From an uncultured Candidatus Binatia bacterium (GTDB lineage Bacteria; Desulfobacterota; Binatia; UBA9968; JAJDTQ01): a DNA stretch of 64,000 nt. Positions within the stretch are counted from its first letter, which is position 1; the number at the start of each line of letters is the position of its first letter. The notes under the pieces are model-generated. The model saw only the letters and a list, made by a program, of their open reading frames with translations. It ran no database searches and had not been told where the DNA came from. This document shows positions 48,219 to 56,999 of this stretch, one piece after another. The position numbers and the translations under genes are program-made. The DNA lies in assembly GCA_965213675.1 (NCBI GenBank), contig OZ243916.1:608001-672000 (forward strand). Direction: 5' to 3'.

Positions 48219-49256
48219 ATGCGGGGTTGGGTTACGCACGCATTCAACGACATGCGCCTGGAGGAATTGCCCGAGCCCGAGTGCCGGTCGGGCTGGGCGG
48301 TGCTGAAGACCCGGGTGGTGCAGCCGTCGGTGACCGAGGTGCAACTCTTCTACGGCGAGCGCTCCAACAGTTACGAAAAGGTCAGGACAAAGCTTGCCCA
48401 AGGCCCCGAGCCGCTGTTCGGGCACGAGTTCTGCGCCGAGATCGTCGAGATCGACAAGGACAACGGTTACGGCCTGTCGGTGGGTGATCGGGTGGGCGCC
48501 ACGCACACGGAGATCGGCACCATCGGACGTGACTTTCCCGGGCTTTTCTCCGAGTACGCCGCAGTGCCTCTGGACGCCCTCGCGAAGATTCCCGACGGCA
48601 TCAGCGATTGGGAGGTGTCGGCGCTGCAGCCGCTGACCAGTTGCGTGCACAACATCCAGGTTCTCGGCGTGACGCTGGGAGACACGGTGCTGGTGTTGGG
48701 GCAGGGTGTCATGGGGCTCAACTCGGCCCAGGCCGCCAAGGCCGCGGGCGCGGACACGGTCATCGGCACGGACATGCGCCCGGAGATCCTGAAGTTGGCC
48801 AAGGACCTTGGGGTGGACGTCACCATCGACGCATCCAGGGAGAACGTGGTGGATGCGGTGATGGACCTGAGCGGCGGCAAGGGTATTCCCTGCGTCATCG
48901 AGGCGGCCAGCGGCAGCCCGCAGATGGGCCTTTCCGGCGGCGCCACGGTGTCGGAAGCGGTGGCGTGCGTGGCCGCGGGCGGCAAAGTGCTCAGCATCCC
49001 GCACTTCCATGAGCCTGTGACACTTGACTTCAACTACCTGCGGGCCAAGCGCGTGACCTACATGTTTCCGCCGGAGCTGGCCCATCCCTCGGAGATGACC
49101 CTGGCGGCGCGCCTGGTGGCGCAAAAGCGCATCAACATCGATCCCATGATCACCCACAAGCTGGAGGGTATCGAGAAGATGACAGAAGCGCTGGAGATCA
49201 CCGCCAACAAGTCCAGGCACGGTGCGCTGAATCCGGCCCAGGTGCGGTTCTCCTGA
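48219..49256 (+). CDS. MDR (zinc-binding alcohol dehydrogenase-like) oxidoreductase with atypical metal site
   Basis: FGHEF, GDRV, VLGQGVMG, ITHK; RBS ggggagg before nearby ATG. Confidence 0.85.
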   Translation: MRGWVTHAFNDMRLEELPEPECRSGWAVLKTRVVQPSVTEVQLFYGERSNSYEKVRTKLAQGPEPLFGHEFCAEIVEIDKDNGYGLSVGDRVGATHTEIGTIGRDFPGLFSEYAAVPLDALAKIPDGISDWEVSALQPLTSCVHNIQVLGVTLGDTVLVLGQGVMGLNSAQAAKAAGADTVIGTDMRPEILKLAKDLGVDVTIDASRENVVDAVMDLSGGKGIPCVIEAASGSPQMGLSGGATVSEAVACVAAGGKVLSIPHFHEPVTLDFNYLRAKRVTYMFPPELAHPSEMTLAARLVAQKRINIDPMITHKLEGIEKMTEALEITANKSRHGALNPAQVRFS

Positions 49257-49391
49257 CCGGAGCCCCGTGGTAGACTCGCGCTCTGCGATTCCCCATGCGA
49301 CCGCTGCACCAACCGAATCTCGACCCGGCTCCCGGCACGCTTTGTCCGTGCAAGAGAACGGGAGCACGACACAATCCTGAAGGAGGCAACC

Positions 49392-50399
49392 ATGAACGCC
49401 AAGATCATTGACGCGGACGGACATGTCCGGGACCGGGATGCAGACATCCGCGCCCACATGGAAGATCCCTGGAACAAGCGCGAGGGGTCGCTGCTGCCGT
49501 CGGACGAGTGGGATTCGAGCATGTTCGGCACCCTGGGAATGAACATCACCGACGTGCCTACGCGCCTGCGCGACATGGACACCGAAGGCATTGAGATGTC
49601 GGTGCTGTTTCCCACGGGCGCGTTCCATGTGAACCGCATGCCGGAAAAGGCCTACGCGGGAGCGTTTGCGCGCGCCTACAACAACTGGATTTCCAGCATG
49701 TGCAGCGAGGCGCCGGAGCGGCTCAAGGGCGTGGGCGTGGCGCCTTTCCAGGACGTGCCCGCGGCGGTGGCCGAGATCAACCGCGCGGTCACCAAACTGG
49801 GGGTGGTGGGGATCACCGTCGGAACCTTCGGCATGAAGGATCACTTGGGGCAGGAGCTTTTCTGGCCCATCTACGAGGAACTCGAGCGCCTCAACGTGCC
49901 GCTGCTGATCCACAACTCGCGCTCGGGACCGGCGGGCGAGAACCGCTTCGATACGTTTCTGTTCAAGCACACCATCGGCCGCCCCTTCGAGACCCTGCTG
50001 GACTGCGCCGCGCTCATGTACGGCGGCGTTCCCGAACGGTTCCCGAAGCTGCGCATCGCGTTCCTGGAATGCGGCGTCGGCTGGGTGCCGTACTGGATGG
50101 ACCGCATGGACGAAGAATACGAGCACCGGAAGTCCGAGGCGCCGTTGCTCAAGGCCATGCCCAGCGAGTACATGAAGGCGGGCAACTGGTACTATGCGGC
50201 GGAGCCCGAAGAGGAGAGCCTCCCTTACGGCATCGAGCGCATCGGCGACAAGAACATCGTGTTCGCCTCCGACTATCCCCACTGGGACGGCATGTTCCCC
50301 AACGTGACCAAGACCATCAAGGAACGGACGGACATTTCCGAAGACTTCAAGGCCAGGTTCCTGGGCGAAAACGCCAAGGCGCTGTACGGCTGGAACTAG
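49392..50399 (+). CDS. Amidohydrolase_2 family protein
   Basis: IIDADGHV, RAYNNW, FLECGVGW, FASDYPHWD. Confidence 0.9.
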   Translation: MNAKIIDADGHVRDRDADIRAHMEDPWNKREGSLLPSDEWDSSMFGTLGMNITDVPTRLRDMDTEGIEMSVLFPTGAFHVNRMPEKAYAGAFARAYNNWISSMCSEAPERLKGVGVAPFQDVPAAVAEINRAVTKLGVVGITVGTFGMKDHLGQELFWPIYEELERLNVPLLIHNSRSGPAGENRFDTFLFKHTIGRPFETLLDCAALMYGGVPERFPKLRIAFLECGVGWVPYWMDRMDEEYEHRKSEAPLLKAMPSEYMKAGNWYYAAEPEEESLPYGIERIGDKNIVFASDYPHWDGMFPNVTKTIKERTDISEDFKARFLGENAKALYGWN

Positions 50400-50417
50400 G
50401 ACTACGGGGCTTTACAC

Positions 50418-50915
50418 GTGCGACTGAATGCCAGGGCCGGTTTCAGTATTCTGGTCCTTGTCTTCTTCTGCTACCTGGTATGGGAAGCTGCGGGGTGGCG
50501 CATGCAGGCGCGCCTCTATCCGTGGGCCATCGGCATTCCGATGATCTTCCTGGCGATCCTCAACATCGTGCAGGAGATCCTAGGTCCCGGGAAGGCCGAG
50601 GATGAGGGCGCCTCCAGCAACATGCCCTCCGATTTCCAGTTCACGCAACCGCTGGATATGGCGGTGGCGGTGCAACGCACCATCATCATCCTTTCCTGGA
50701 TCGTGGGCTTCCTGGCGGGCATATGGCTCGTGGGGTTTTCCATCACCGTCGCGGCCATGACGTTCGGTTATCTGAAACTCCAGTCGGGGGAGAGCTGGCC
50801 CATGTCGCTGATCCTCACGGCCTCGGCGTGGCTCATCTATTACATCGTGTTCGAGCGCACCCTGCTGCTGCCGTTTCCCGAGGGCCAGATCTTTCGTTGG
50901 CTGGGCATCGAATAG
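50418..50915 (+). CDS. tctB: Tripartite tricarboxylate transporter small membrane subunit
   Basis: About four TM segments; ARLYPWAIG; VFERTLLLPFPEG. Confidence 0.8.
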   Translation: MRLNARAGFSILVLVFFCYLVWEAAGWRMQARLYPWAIGIPMIFLAILNIVQEILGPGKAEDEGASSNMPSDFQFTQPLDMAVAVQRTIIILSWIVGFLAGIWLVGFSITVAAMTFGYLKLQSGESWPMSLILTASAWLIYYIVFERTLLLPFPEGQIFRWLGIE

Positions 50916-50977
50916 ACCGGGCCAATGGCGCACGGCGTGTGTCGCAATGGTTGGGCTTCAACCAAGGGAGGTTTACA

Positions 50978-52036
50978 ATGACGAAACGAGTGATCGGTCG
51001 AACTTTTCTCGTGCTGCTGCTCGCCGGGTTTCTGTTCATGAGCCTGTCGGGCCAGGCGGCGGCCAAGGACTTCTACGAGGGCAAGACCATCCGCATCCTG
51101 GTGTGCTGCTCGCCGGGGGGGTTCTATGACCGGTGGGCCAGGCTGTTCGCGCGGCACATGGGCCAGTACATTCCGGGCAAGCCCGACATCATCGTCCAGA
51201 ACATGCCCGGGGCCGGCTCCCTCATCGCCGCCAACTACGTCTACAACGTCGCCAAGCAGGATGGCACGGCCTGGGTGATGCCATTGGCGGGCCTGTACCT
51301 GGACCAGGTGGTGGGGCGCAAGGAGGTGCAGTTCGACATTGCCAAGTTTCAGTGGATCGGCACCCAGGAGGTGAGCCACTCCGTGCTCTTCTGCCGCAGC
51401 GACTCGAAGTTCAAGAGCATCGACGACCTCATCAAGACCAAGGACGACCCGGCGCGGCTCGGCAATACCGGCACCGCGGGCAACAGCTACCTCATGGGGA
51501 AGATCCTGGAACAGGGCTTGGGCGCGAACTTCAATTTCGTCATGGGCTATCCCGGCGGCAGCGAGATCGATCTGGCGGTGGAACGGGGAGAGGTGCTGTG
51601 CCGCGGCCTGAGCATACCCCCGTTTTTTGGCCGCGAGCCCTATCTGACGTGGCACAAGAAGAACTTCGCCCGGCCCTTGGCTCAGAGCGGCAGGGAGCGG
51701 GACGAGAGGCTTCCAGACACGCCGACGTTGTATGAGTTGTTCGACAAGTACAATGCGCCGGAGGACATCCGGGCCATGGCCAGGGTCATCTTTGCCAGCG
51801 GCGACTTCGGACGTCCGTTCGCCGTGGCGCCGGGGGTGCCGGCGGAGCGCGTGAAGATCCTGCGCGATGCCTATGCCAAGGCCTTGCAGGACCCGGAGCT
51901 GGCCGCCGAGGCCAAGAAGGGAAGAATGGTGCCCTACAAACTGCTCCGGGGTGAGGAGCTTCAGGAGTTGGCCAAGAACGTCGTCAGCCAGCCCGAGGGC
52001 GTGGTGAACGGCGTGAAGGGACTGCTCGGGAGGTAG
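50978..52036 (+). CDS. tctC: Tripartite tricarboxylate transporter substrate-binding protein
   Basis: FYEGKTIRILV..PGGFYD, VQNMPGAGS, GYPGGSE..LAVERGEV. Confidence 0.88.
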   Translation: MTKRVIGRTFLVLLLAGFLFMSLSGQAAAKDFYEGKTIRILVCCSPGGFYDRWARLFARHMGQYIPGKPDIIVQNMPGAGSLIAANYVYNVAKQDGTAWVMPLAGLYLDQVVGRKEVQFDIAKFQWIGTQEVSHSVLFCRSDSKFKSIDDLIKTKDDPARLGNTGTAGNSYLMGKILEQGLGANFNFVMGYPGGSEIDLAVERGEVLCRGLSIPPFFGREPYLTWHKKNFARPLAQSGRERDERLPDTPTLYELFDKYNAPEDIRAMARVIFASGDFGRPFAVAPGVPAERVKILRDAYAKALQDPELAAEAKKGRMVPYKLLRGEELQELAKNVVSQPEGVVNGVKGLLGR

Positions 52037-52046
52037 GTCTCAGGCC

Positions 52047-53570
52047 ATGATGTTCGACGCCTTCATCTCGGGACTGCTGCACGTCCTGTCGTGGCCGGCC
52101 TTCGGGTTCCTGCTGCTGGGGGCGTTCGTGGGCTTCGTCGTGGGGATTCTCCCCGGCCTGGGCGGCTTGGCCACCCTGGCGCTGATGCTCCCGTTCGCCT
52201 ACAAGATTCAGGAACCCATATCGGCTTTCGCCTTTCTCCTGGGGATGCATGCCATCACCGGCACCACCGGTGACCTCACCTCGATTCTCTTCGGCATCCC
52301 GGGGGAAGGCACGGCCGCGGCCACTATCATGGACGGGTACCCGATGACCAAGAACGGCGAGGCCGGCCGGGCCATGGGCGCCGCGCTCATGAGCTCGCTG
52401 GTGGCCGGCCTCGAAGGCGCCCTCATCCTGGCCCTCGCCATTCCCATCATGCGCCCGCTGGTGCTGTTCTTCGGCTCTCCCGAGCTGTTCATGCTGGCGA
52501 TTCTGGGAATCACGTTCATCGCGTCGCTGAGCGGATCGTCGCTCACCAAGGGCCTCCTGTGCGGAGGCATCGGACTCATGCTGGCGGCCATCGGGGTCGA
52601 TCCCCAGACCGGGACGCTGCGTTACACCATGGGTACGCTCTATCTCTGGGATGGCCTGAGCCTGGGACCCGTGGTGGTCGGGCTCTTCGCCATCCCGGAG
52701 ATCATCGATCTGGCGGTGCGCGGCACCAGCATCGCCGAAGCCAAGGTCGAGAAGATCACCGGAGTCATGGAGGGCGTCAAGGACACCTTCCGCCATTTCT
52801 GGCTGACCATGCGCTGCGGTTTCATCGGCGCGTTCATCGGCGCGTTGCCGGGCCTGGGCGGCGGCGTGTCCCAGTGGCTGGCCTACGGCCACGCGGTGCA
52901 GTCGTCCAAGGACAAGAGCCGCTTCGGCAAAGGCGCGGTGGAGGGCGTACTGGGACCCGGCGCCGCCAACAACTCCCGCGAGGGAGGTAACCTCATTCCC
53001 ACCGTGGCCTTCGGCATTCCCGGCAGCAGCGCCATGGCGATCCTTTTGGGCGCCTTCCTCATCGTCGGTCTCAATCCCGGACCGGAGATGCTCACCAAGC
53101 ACCTGGACGTGACCTTCGCCATGGTGTGGATCCTGGTGGTGGCCAACATCATCACCGCGGGCGCGTGCTTCCTGTTCCTGAACCAGCTCGTGAAGCTCAC
53201 CTTCGTGCGCGGCCACTTGCTGATTCCGTTCCTGCTTATGTTCGTGTTCCTGGGCGCCTTCGCGGCCCACAACAACTTCAGCGACATCATCGTCACCGTC
53301 ATCTTCGGGCTGCTGGGCTACGTCATGGTGCTGTTCCAGTGGCCACGGCCGCCCTTTGTGCTGGGGCTGGTGCTGGGGACCATCGTTGAGAATTACCTGT
53401 GGATCTCCAGCAGCGCCTACGGCGCCGGTTGGCTGACGCAACCCACCGTGGTGTGCATTGCCATCCTGATTGTCGGGACCATCGTCTACTCGGCCATTCA
53501 GGCGTACAGGGGCCGTTCGCTGGAGGAGGAACTCGAAAAGCGGATCGGAGGCGAGAGCACTCACGAGTAG
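52047..53570 (+). CDS. tctA: Tripartite tricarboxylate transporter large membrane subunit
   Basis: GILPGLG, ILFGIPG..ATIMDGYPM, AANNS..IPTVAFGIPGS. Confidence 0.93.
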   Translation: MMFDAFISGLLHVLSWPAFGFLLLGAFVGFVVGILPGLGGLATLALMLPFAYKIQEPISAFAFLLGMHAITGTTGDLTSILFGIPGEGTAAATIMDGYPMTKNGEAGRAMGAALMSSLVAGLEGALILALAIPIMRPLVLFFGSPELFMLAILGITFIASLSGSSLTKGLLCGGIGLMLAAIGVDPQTGTLRYTMGTLYLWDGLSLGPVVVGLFAIPEIIDLAVRGTSIAEAKVEKITGVMEGVKDTFRHFWLTMRCGFIGAFIGALPGLGGGVSQWLAYGHAVQSSKDKSRFGKGAVEGVLGPGAANNSREGGNLIPTVAFGIPGSSAMAILLGAFLIVGLNPGPEMLTKHLDVTFAMVWILVVANIITAGACFLFLNQLVKLTFVRGHLLIPFLLMFVFLGAFAAHNNFSDIIVTVIFGLLGYVMVLFQWPRPPFVLGLVLGTIVENYLWISSSAYGAGWLTQPTVVCIAILIVGTIVYSAIQAYRGRSLEEELEKRIGGESTHE

Positions 53571-53642
53571 GGGTGGTCCGGCGCCCGCGCAAGGACCACG
53601 CGAGGCGGTCCTCAAGCCCACCGCTTCCGCCCCCCGCGAGAC

Positions 53643-54515
53643 ATGCTAGCCGTTGCCTTGGGCCTGCTGGCTTCCGTTGCCTTTGCCTGCACGGCGATGC
53701 TCGTGCAGCGAGGGGTGCGGCAGCTCGATCCTTTCAGCGGATTGCTGGTGGATCTTTTCTGCAACGGGGCGTTGCTCTGGCTTTTCGTATTCGCCTTTCA
53801 CGATCTGGCGGAAATCTGGTCCCGCGCCAACCTGATCTTCGTCGCTTCGGGGCTCATCGTTCCGGGGTTGTTCCGTCTGGTGGCCTTCAAGGGCATCGAG
53901 CGGCTGGGAGCTGCGGTGGCCACGACCGTTCTCAACTCCGCCCCGCTCTTCGCCGTGCTCCTGGCCATGGTGCTGCTCGACGAAGAGCCCGGCCCGGCCA
54001 ACCTGTTCGGCGCCGTGGCCGTGGTCTCCGGGCTCGTCGTTCTGTCATGGAAGGGTGAAACGCGGTCCTGCCGTCTCCCCGACCTGCTGTTTCCCGTGTC
54101 CGGCGCCCTGTTCGCGGCTTTGCGCGACAACGTCGTCCGGTTGGGCCTCCTTGCCGGTCCGGCGCCCATGGTGGGCGCCAGCATCACGGTGACCACTTCG
54201 TTCCTGACCATGTCCGCCGCGTATCTCCCGGTCCACGGCCTCGGGCGATTGAGGACGTGCGGGCGCGGCGCGCTCGGCAACTTCGCGCTGATCGGCTTCG
54301 TGCACTTCCTCGCTTATCTGCTGATGTTCTCGGCCCTGGACATCGCGGACGTCTCGGTGGTGTCGCCGCTGATCCATTGTTTCTCCCTCTTTACCCTGGC
54401 GCTCTCGCCGCTTGTCCTGGGCGATTCCGAACCGATCACCCGGCGCAAGGTTGCCGCCACCTCCATGGTGGTGCTGGGGGTGCTGCTGATCGCGTGGTCG
54501 CGCTGGACCGCGTAA
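53643..54515 (+). CDS. DMT/EamA family transporter
   Basis: About ten TM helices in two repeats; GIERLGAAVA..APLFAVLLA..LDE. Confidence 0.85.
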   Translation: MLAVALGLLASVAFACTAMLVQRGVRQLDPFSGLLVDLFCNGALLWLFVFAFHDLAEIWSRANLIFVASGLIVPGLFRLVAFKGIERLGAAVATTVLNSAPLFAVLLAMVLLDEEPGPANLFGAVAVVSGLVVLSWKGETRSCRLPDLLFPVSGALFAALRDNVVRLGLLAGPAPMVGASITVTTSFLTMSAAYLPVHGLGRLRTCGRGALGNFALIGFVHFLAYLLMFSALDIADVSVVSPLIHCFSLFTLALSPLVLGDSEPITRRKVAATSMVVLGVLLIAWSRWTA

Positions 54516-54528
54516 GGTCGTCACCGTC

Positions 54529-55107
54529 ATGTGGACATTGCCGAACCTGCTGAGCCTGTTCCGCATCCTGCTGGTGCCGTTCCTGGCCTGGCTGCTTGCG
54601 TTCACCGACCCGGTGTCGTGCGCGCTGGCCGCCCTCGTCTTCATCATCGCCTCCGTCACCGACATGCTGGACGGCTACCTGGCGCGACGCCACAAGAGCG
54701 TGTCCGACTTCGGGAAGATCCTGGACCCCTTGGCGGACAAGCTTCTGGTAGTGACCGCCCTCATCATGCTGGTGGCCATCGAACGTCCGGGAGACTCGTA
54801 TGTCCCGGTGTGGCTGGTGGTGATCATCGTCGCCCGGGAGGTGGCCGTGACTGTGCTGCGCGGCATTGCGTTGACCGAGGGGATCGTCATCCCCGCGGAT
54901 GCGCTGGGCAAGTACAAGCTCCTGGTGCAGACTTTCGCCCTGGTGGGCCTGATGGTTCATTACCCCTATGGCGGCGTGGACTTCTTCGTCGTGGGCATGT
55001 ACTTTCTGGCGCTGTCCACGGTGCTCGCGGTGTGGTCCGGCGTGGAATACCATATCCGGTTCCTGCGCTCCCTGCGCTCCACGGGATCAGGCTCCCACGA
55101 CGTTTGA
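54529..55107 (+). CDS. pgsA: CDP-diacylglycerol--glycerol-3-phosphate 3-phosphatidyltransferase
   Basis: LPNLLSLFRI, TDMLDGYLAR..FGKILDPLADK; followed by tRNA-Gly as in many bacteria. Confidence 0.93.
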   Translation: MWTLPNLLSLFRILLVPFLAWLLAFTDPVSCALAALVFIIASVTDMLDGYLARRHKSVSDFGKILDPLADKLLVVTALIMLVAIERPGDSYVPVWLVVIIVAREVAVTVLRGIALTEGIVIPADALGKYKLLVQTFALVGLMVHYPYGGVDFFVVGMYFLALSTVLAVWSGVEYHIRFLRSLRSTGSGSHDV

Positions 55108-55144
55108 CAATCATCGCGGCGTCATGTACGACCTGAGCCAGGAT

Positions 55145-55221
55145 GCGGGTGTAGCTCAGTTGGCTAGAGCGTATGCTTGCCAAGCATAAGGTCGCCGGTT
55201 CGACCCCGGTCACCCGCTCCA
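55145..55221 (+). tRNA. tRNA-Gly (GCC)
   Basis: GCGGGTGTAGCTCAGTTGGCTAGAGCGTATGCTTGCCAAGCATAAGGTCGCCGGTTCGACCCCGGTCACCCGCTCCA. Confidence 0.95.
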
Positions 55222-55256
55222 ATCCCACCTCCCCACAGCCTGTTCCCGCTCCAATC
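55213..55256 (+). repeat. 12-bp direct repeat of the tRNA-Gly 3' end (att-like)
   Basis: cccgctccaatc at 55213-55224 and 55245-55256. Confidence 0.6.
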
Positions 55257-55282
55257 GTTGACTTCACCCGTCGCCGGACGCC

Positions 55283-55852
55283 GTGCAGAGACCGCTGACA
55301 TTCGCCACTTCCAACAGCCACAAGGTCAACGAGGTAAGCGCCATCCTCGCGGACTACGGGATCCACGTGGAGATGGCCGCCATGGAACTCCGGGAGATTC
55401 AGGCGGATACCCTGGAAGAAATCGCCATGGAGAAGGCCCGGGAGGCGTGCCTTCGAGTCGACGGTCCGGCCCTGGTGGAGGACACCGGGCTGTTCATCGA
55501 CGGCCTGAACGGTTTCCCGGGCCCTTACTCGGCCTATGTGTTCCGCACCGTGGGGAACCACGGGATCCTGCGGCTGTTGGAGAACGCCCCGGACCGCGGC
55601 GCGACGTTCCAGTCCGTGTTCGCCTACTGTCGTCCCGGAGGGTCTCCCGAGTGCTTTCCCTCCGCCGTGGCCGGGACCATCGCGCTGGAATGCAGGGGAC
55701 AGGGCTGGGGCTACGACCCGGTGTTCATTGCCGGCGCCGCCGCCGGAAGGACCTATGGCGAACTCGGCGACGAGAAGAACCGGCTATCCCACCGCCGTGC
55801 GGCCCTTGAGAACCTCGCCCGCTGGATTCAGGGCTCCGGAAACTCGCTCTGA
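55283..55852 (+). CDS. rdgB: RdgB/HAM1 non-canonical purine NTP pyrophosphatase (archaeal-like)
   Basis: FATSNSHK, EIQ, VEDTGL, FPGPYS, GWGYDPVF, KNRLSHR. Confidence 0.9.
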   Translation: MQRPLTFATSNSHKVNEVSAILADYGIHVEMAAMELREIQADTLEEIAMEKAREACLRVDGPALVEDTGLFIDGLNGFPGPYSAYVFRTVGNHGILRLLENAPDRGATFQSVFAYCRPGGSPECFPSAVAGTIALECRGQGWGYDPVFIAGAAAGRTYGELGDEKNRLSHRRAALENLARWIQGSGNSL

Positions 55853-55874
55853 GCCGACGACATCCCGCACAAGC

Positions 55875-55909
55875 GTGAGGGTGCAGGGTAAGGCGCCCTG
55901 CACCCTCAC
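55875..55909. terminator. Hairpin between convergent genes (possibly bidirectional terminator)
   Basis: gtgagggtgcaggg-taaggcg-ccctgcaccctcac: 14-bp perfect stem. Confidence 0.6.
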
Positions 55910-55913
55910 ACGA

Positions 55914-56978
55914 TTACTTCCTCTTCGGAAAGAGAATGTCCTTCAGCCTCTGGACTATTTCGGGCGGCAGCGCGTCCAGTGAGTCCACGACCTTTTGCAC
56001 CTCGGTGCCGTCCGAAGGGTCGATGTTCAAGCGCGTCTTCCTGGCGTCCGCCAGGAATTGCGGATCCTGCATGGTCTTCATGAACGCGGTTCGAAGCATC
56101 GTGACACGTTCCGGGGGCGTGCCCGGCGGCAGCGCGTAAATGCGAGTGAGCCTGGCGGGGTCATGGATGCCCGCCTTGATGAGAAGCCGCGCCTCGTCGG
56201 TCTTGGCAAAGCTGATGTCCAGAGGGACGTGCTTGAGCTCGGGATGCGATTTCGGAGACATCTGAACCACCGGCACCGCATCTCCGGACTTGAACTTCGC
56301 TCCCCAGGTGGCGGTCAAGGCCGTCCAGCTCAGCCCGCATATTCCGTCCACCTCGCCCTTCTCGGCGGCCAGAAGCATGCCCGGTGCGCCGCCATACCCC
56401 TCGATCAGCTTGATGGGCAGGCCAAGCGCGGCGTTCAGCAATCTGGGACCGTCGTTGGTGGAATTGCCCGGACCCGTTCCGGACAGCTTGACCGGTCTGG
56501 GCGAGCTCATCCATTTCGTCATGTCCGTGATGCCGCTCGACTTGGTGAACGCACAAATGGAAATGGTCGATTCCGGGACCCCGAGAAACTCGTACTTGCT
56601 GGAAACGAACTGGATACCCTTTTGTCCGTAGAGACGGGCCCAAAAAAGGCTTCCGGGAAAATTCCCTATGGTCAGGCCATCGGGTTTGGCCTTTCGGTAC
56701 AAGTAATTGGCCGATATGAGCCCTCCTGCCCCGGTCCTGTTCTGCACCAGGAACCGCGGGTTCCCTGGGATATAGCGACCCATGTGGCGGCCTATGGTGC
56801 GCGAATAGAGGTCGAAGCCGCCCCCCACGGAGAACGCCACCACGATGCGAATGGTCTTGCCCTTGAAGTACATGTCTTCCGCGGCCGAACTGCCGGACGG
56901 AACGGCCATGATGGAGACTCCCATGACCAGGCAGCACAATATCGACAGCATGCGTTTCGGTAGCGAGCGGTGTCTCAT
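55914..56978 (-). CDS. Tripartite tricarboxylate transporter substrate-binding protein (Bug/TctC), orphan
   Basis: FKGKTIRIVVAFSVGGGFD, QNRTGAGG, KPDGLTI, GYGG..LAAEKGEVDG. Confidence 0.88.
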   Translation of the reverse strand: MRHRSLPKRMLSILCCLVMGVSIMAVPSGSSAAEDMYFKGKTIRIVVAFSVGGGFDLYSRTIGRHMGRYIPGNPRFLVQNRTGAGGLISANYLYRKAKPDGLTIGNFPGSLFWARLYGQKGIQFVSSKYEFLGVPESTISICAFTKSSGITDMTKWMSSPRPVKLSGTGPGNSTNDGPRLLNAALGLPIKLIEGYGGAPGMLLAAEKGEVDGICGLSWTALTATWGAKFKSGDAVPVVQMSPKSHPELKHVPLDISFAKTDEARLLIKAGIHDPARLTRIYALPPGTPPERVTMLRTAFMKTMQDPQFLADARKTRLNIDPSDGTEVQKVVDSLDALPPEIVQRLKDILFPKRK

Positions 56979-56999
56979 ATCAAACCTCCCCTGTTCGAG

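Noticed and set aside
47812-48487. ORFs of 120-208 aa after the adhesin, as a possible transposase
   Set aside because: They run through the MITE and REP palindromes and show no DDE or HUH motifs
48210-50282. 690-aa minus-strand ORF
   Set aside because: Antisense to the MDR and amidohydrolase genes
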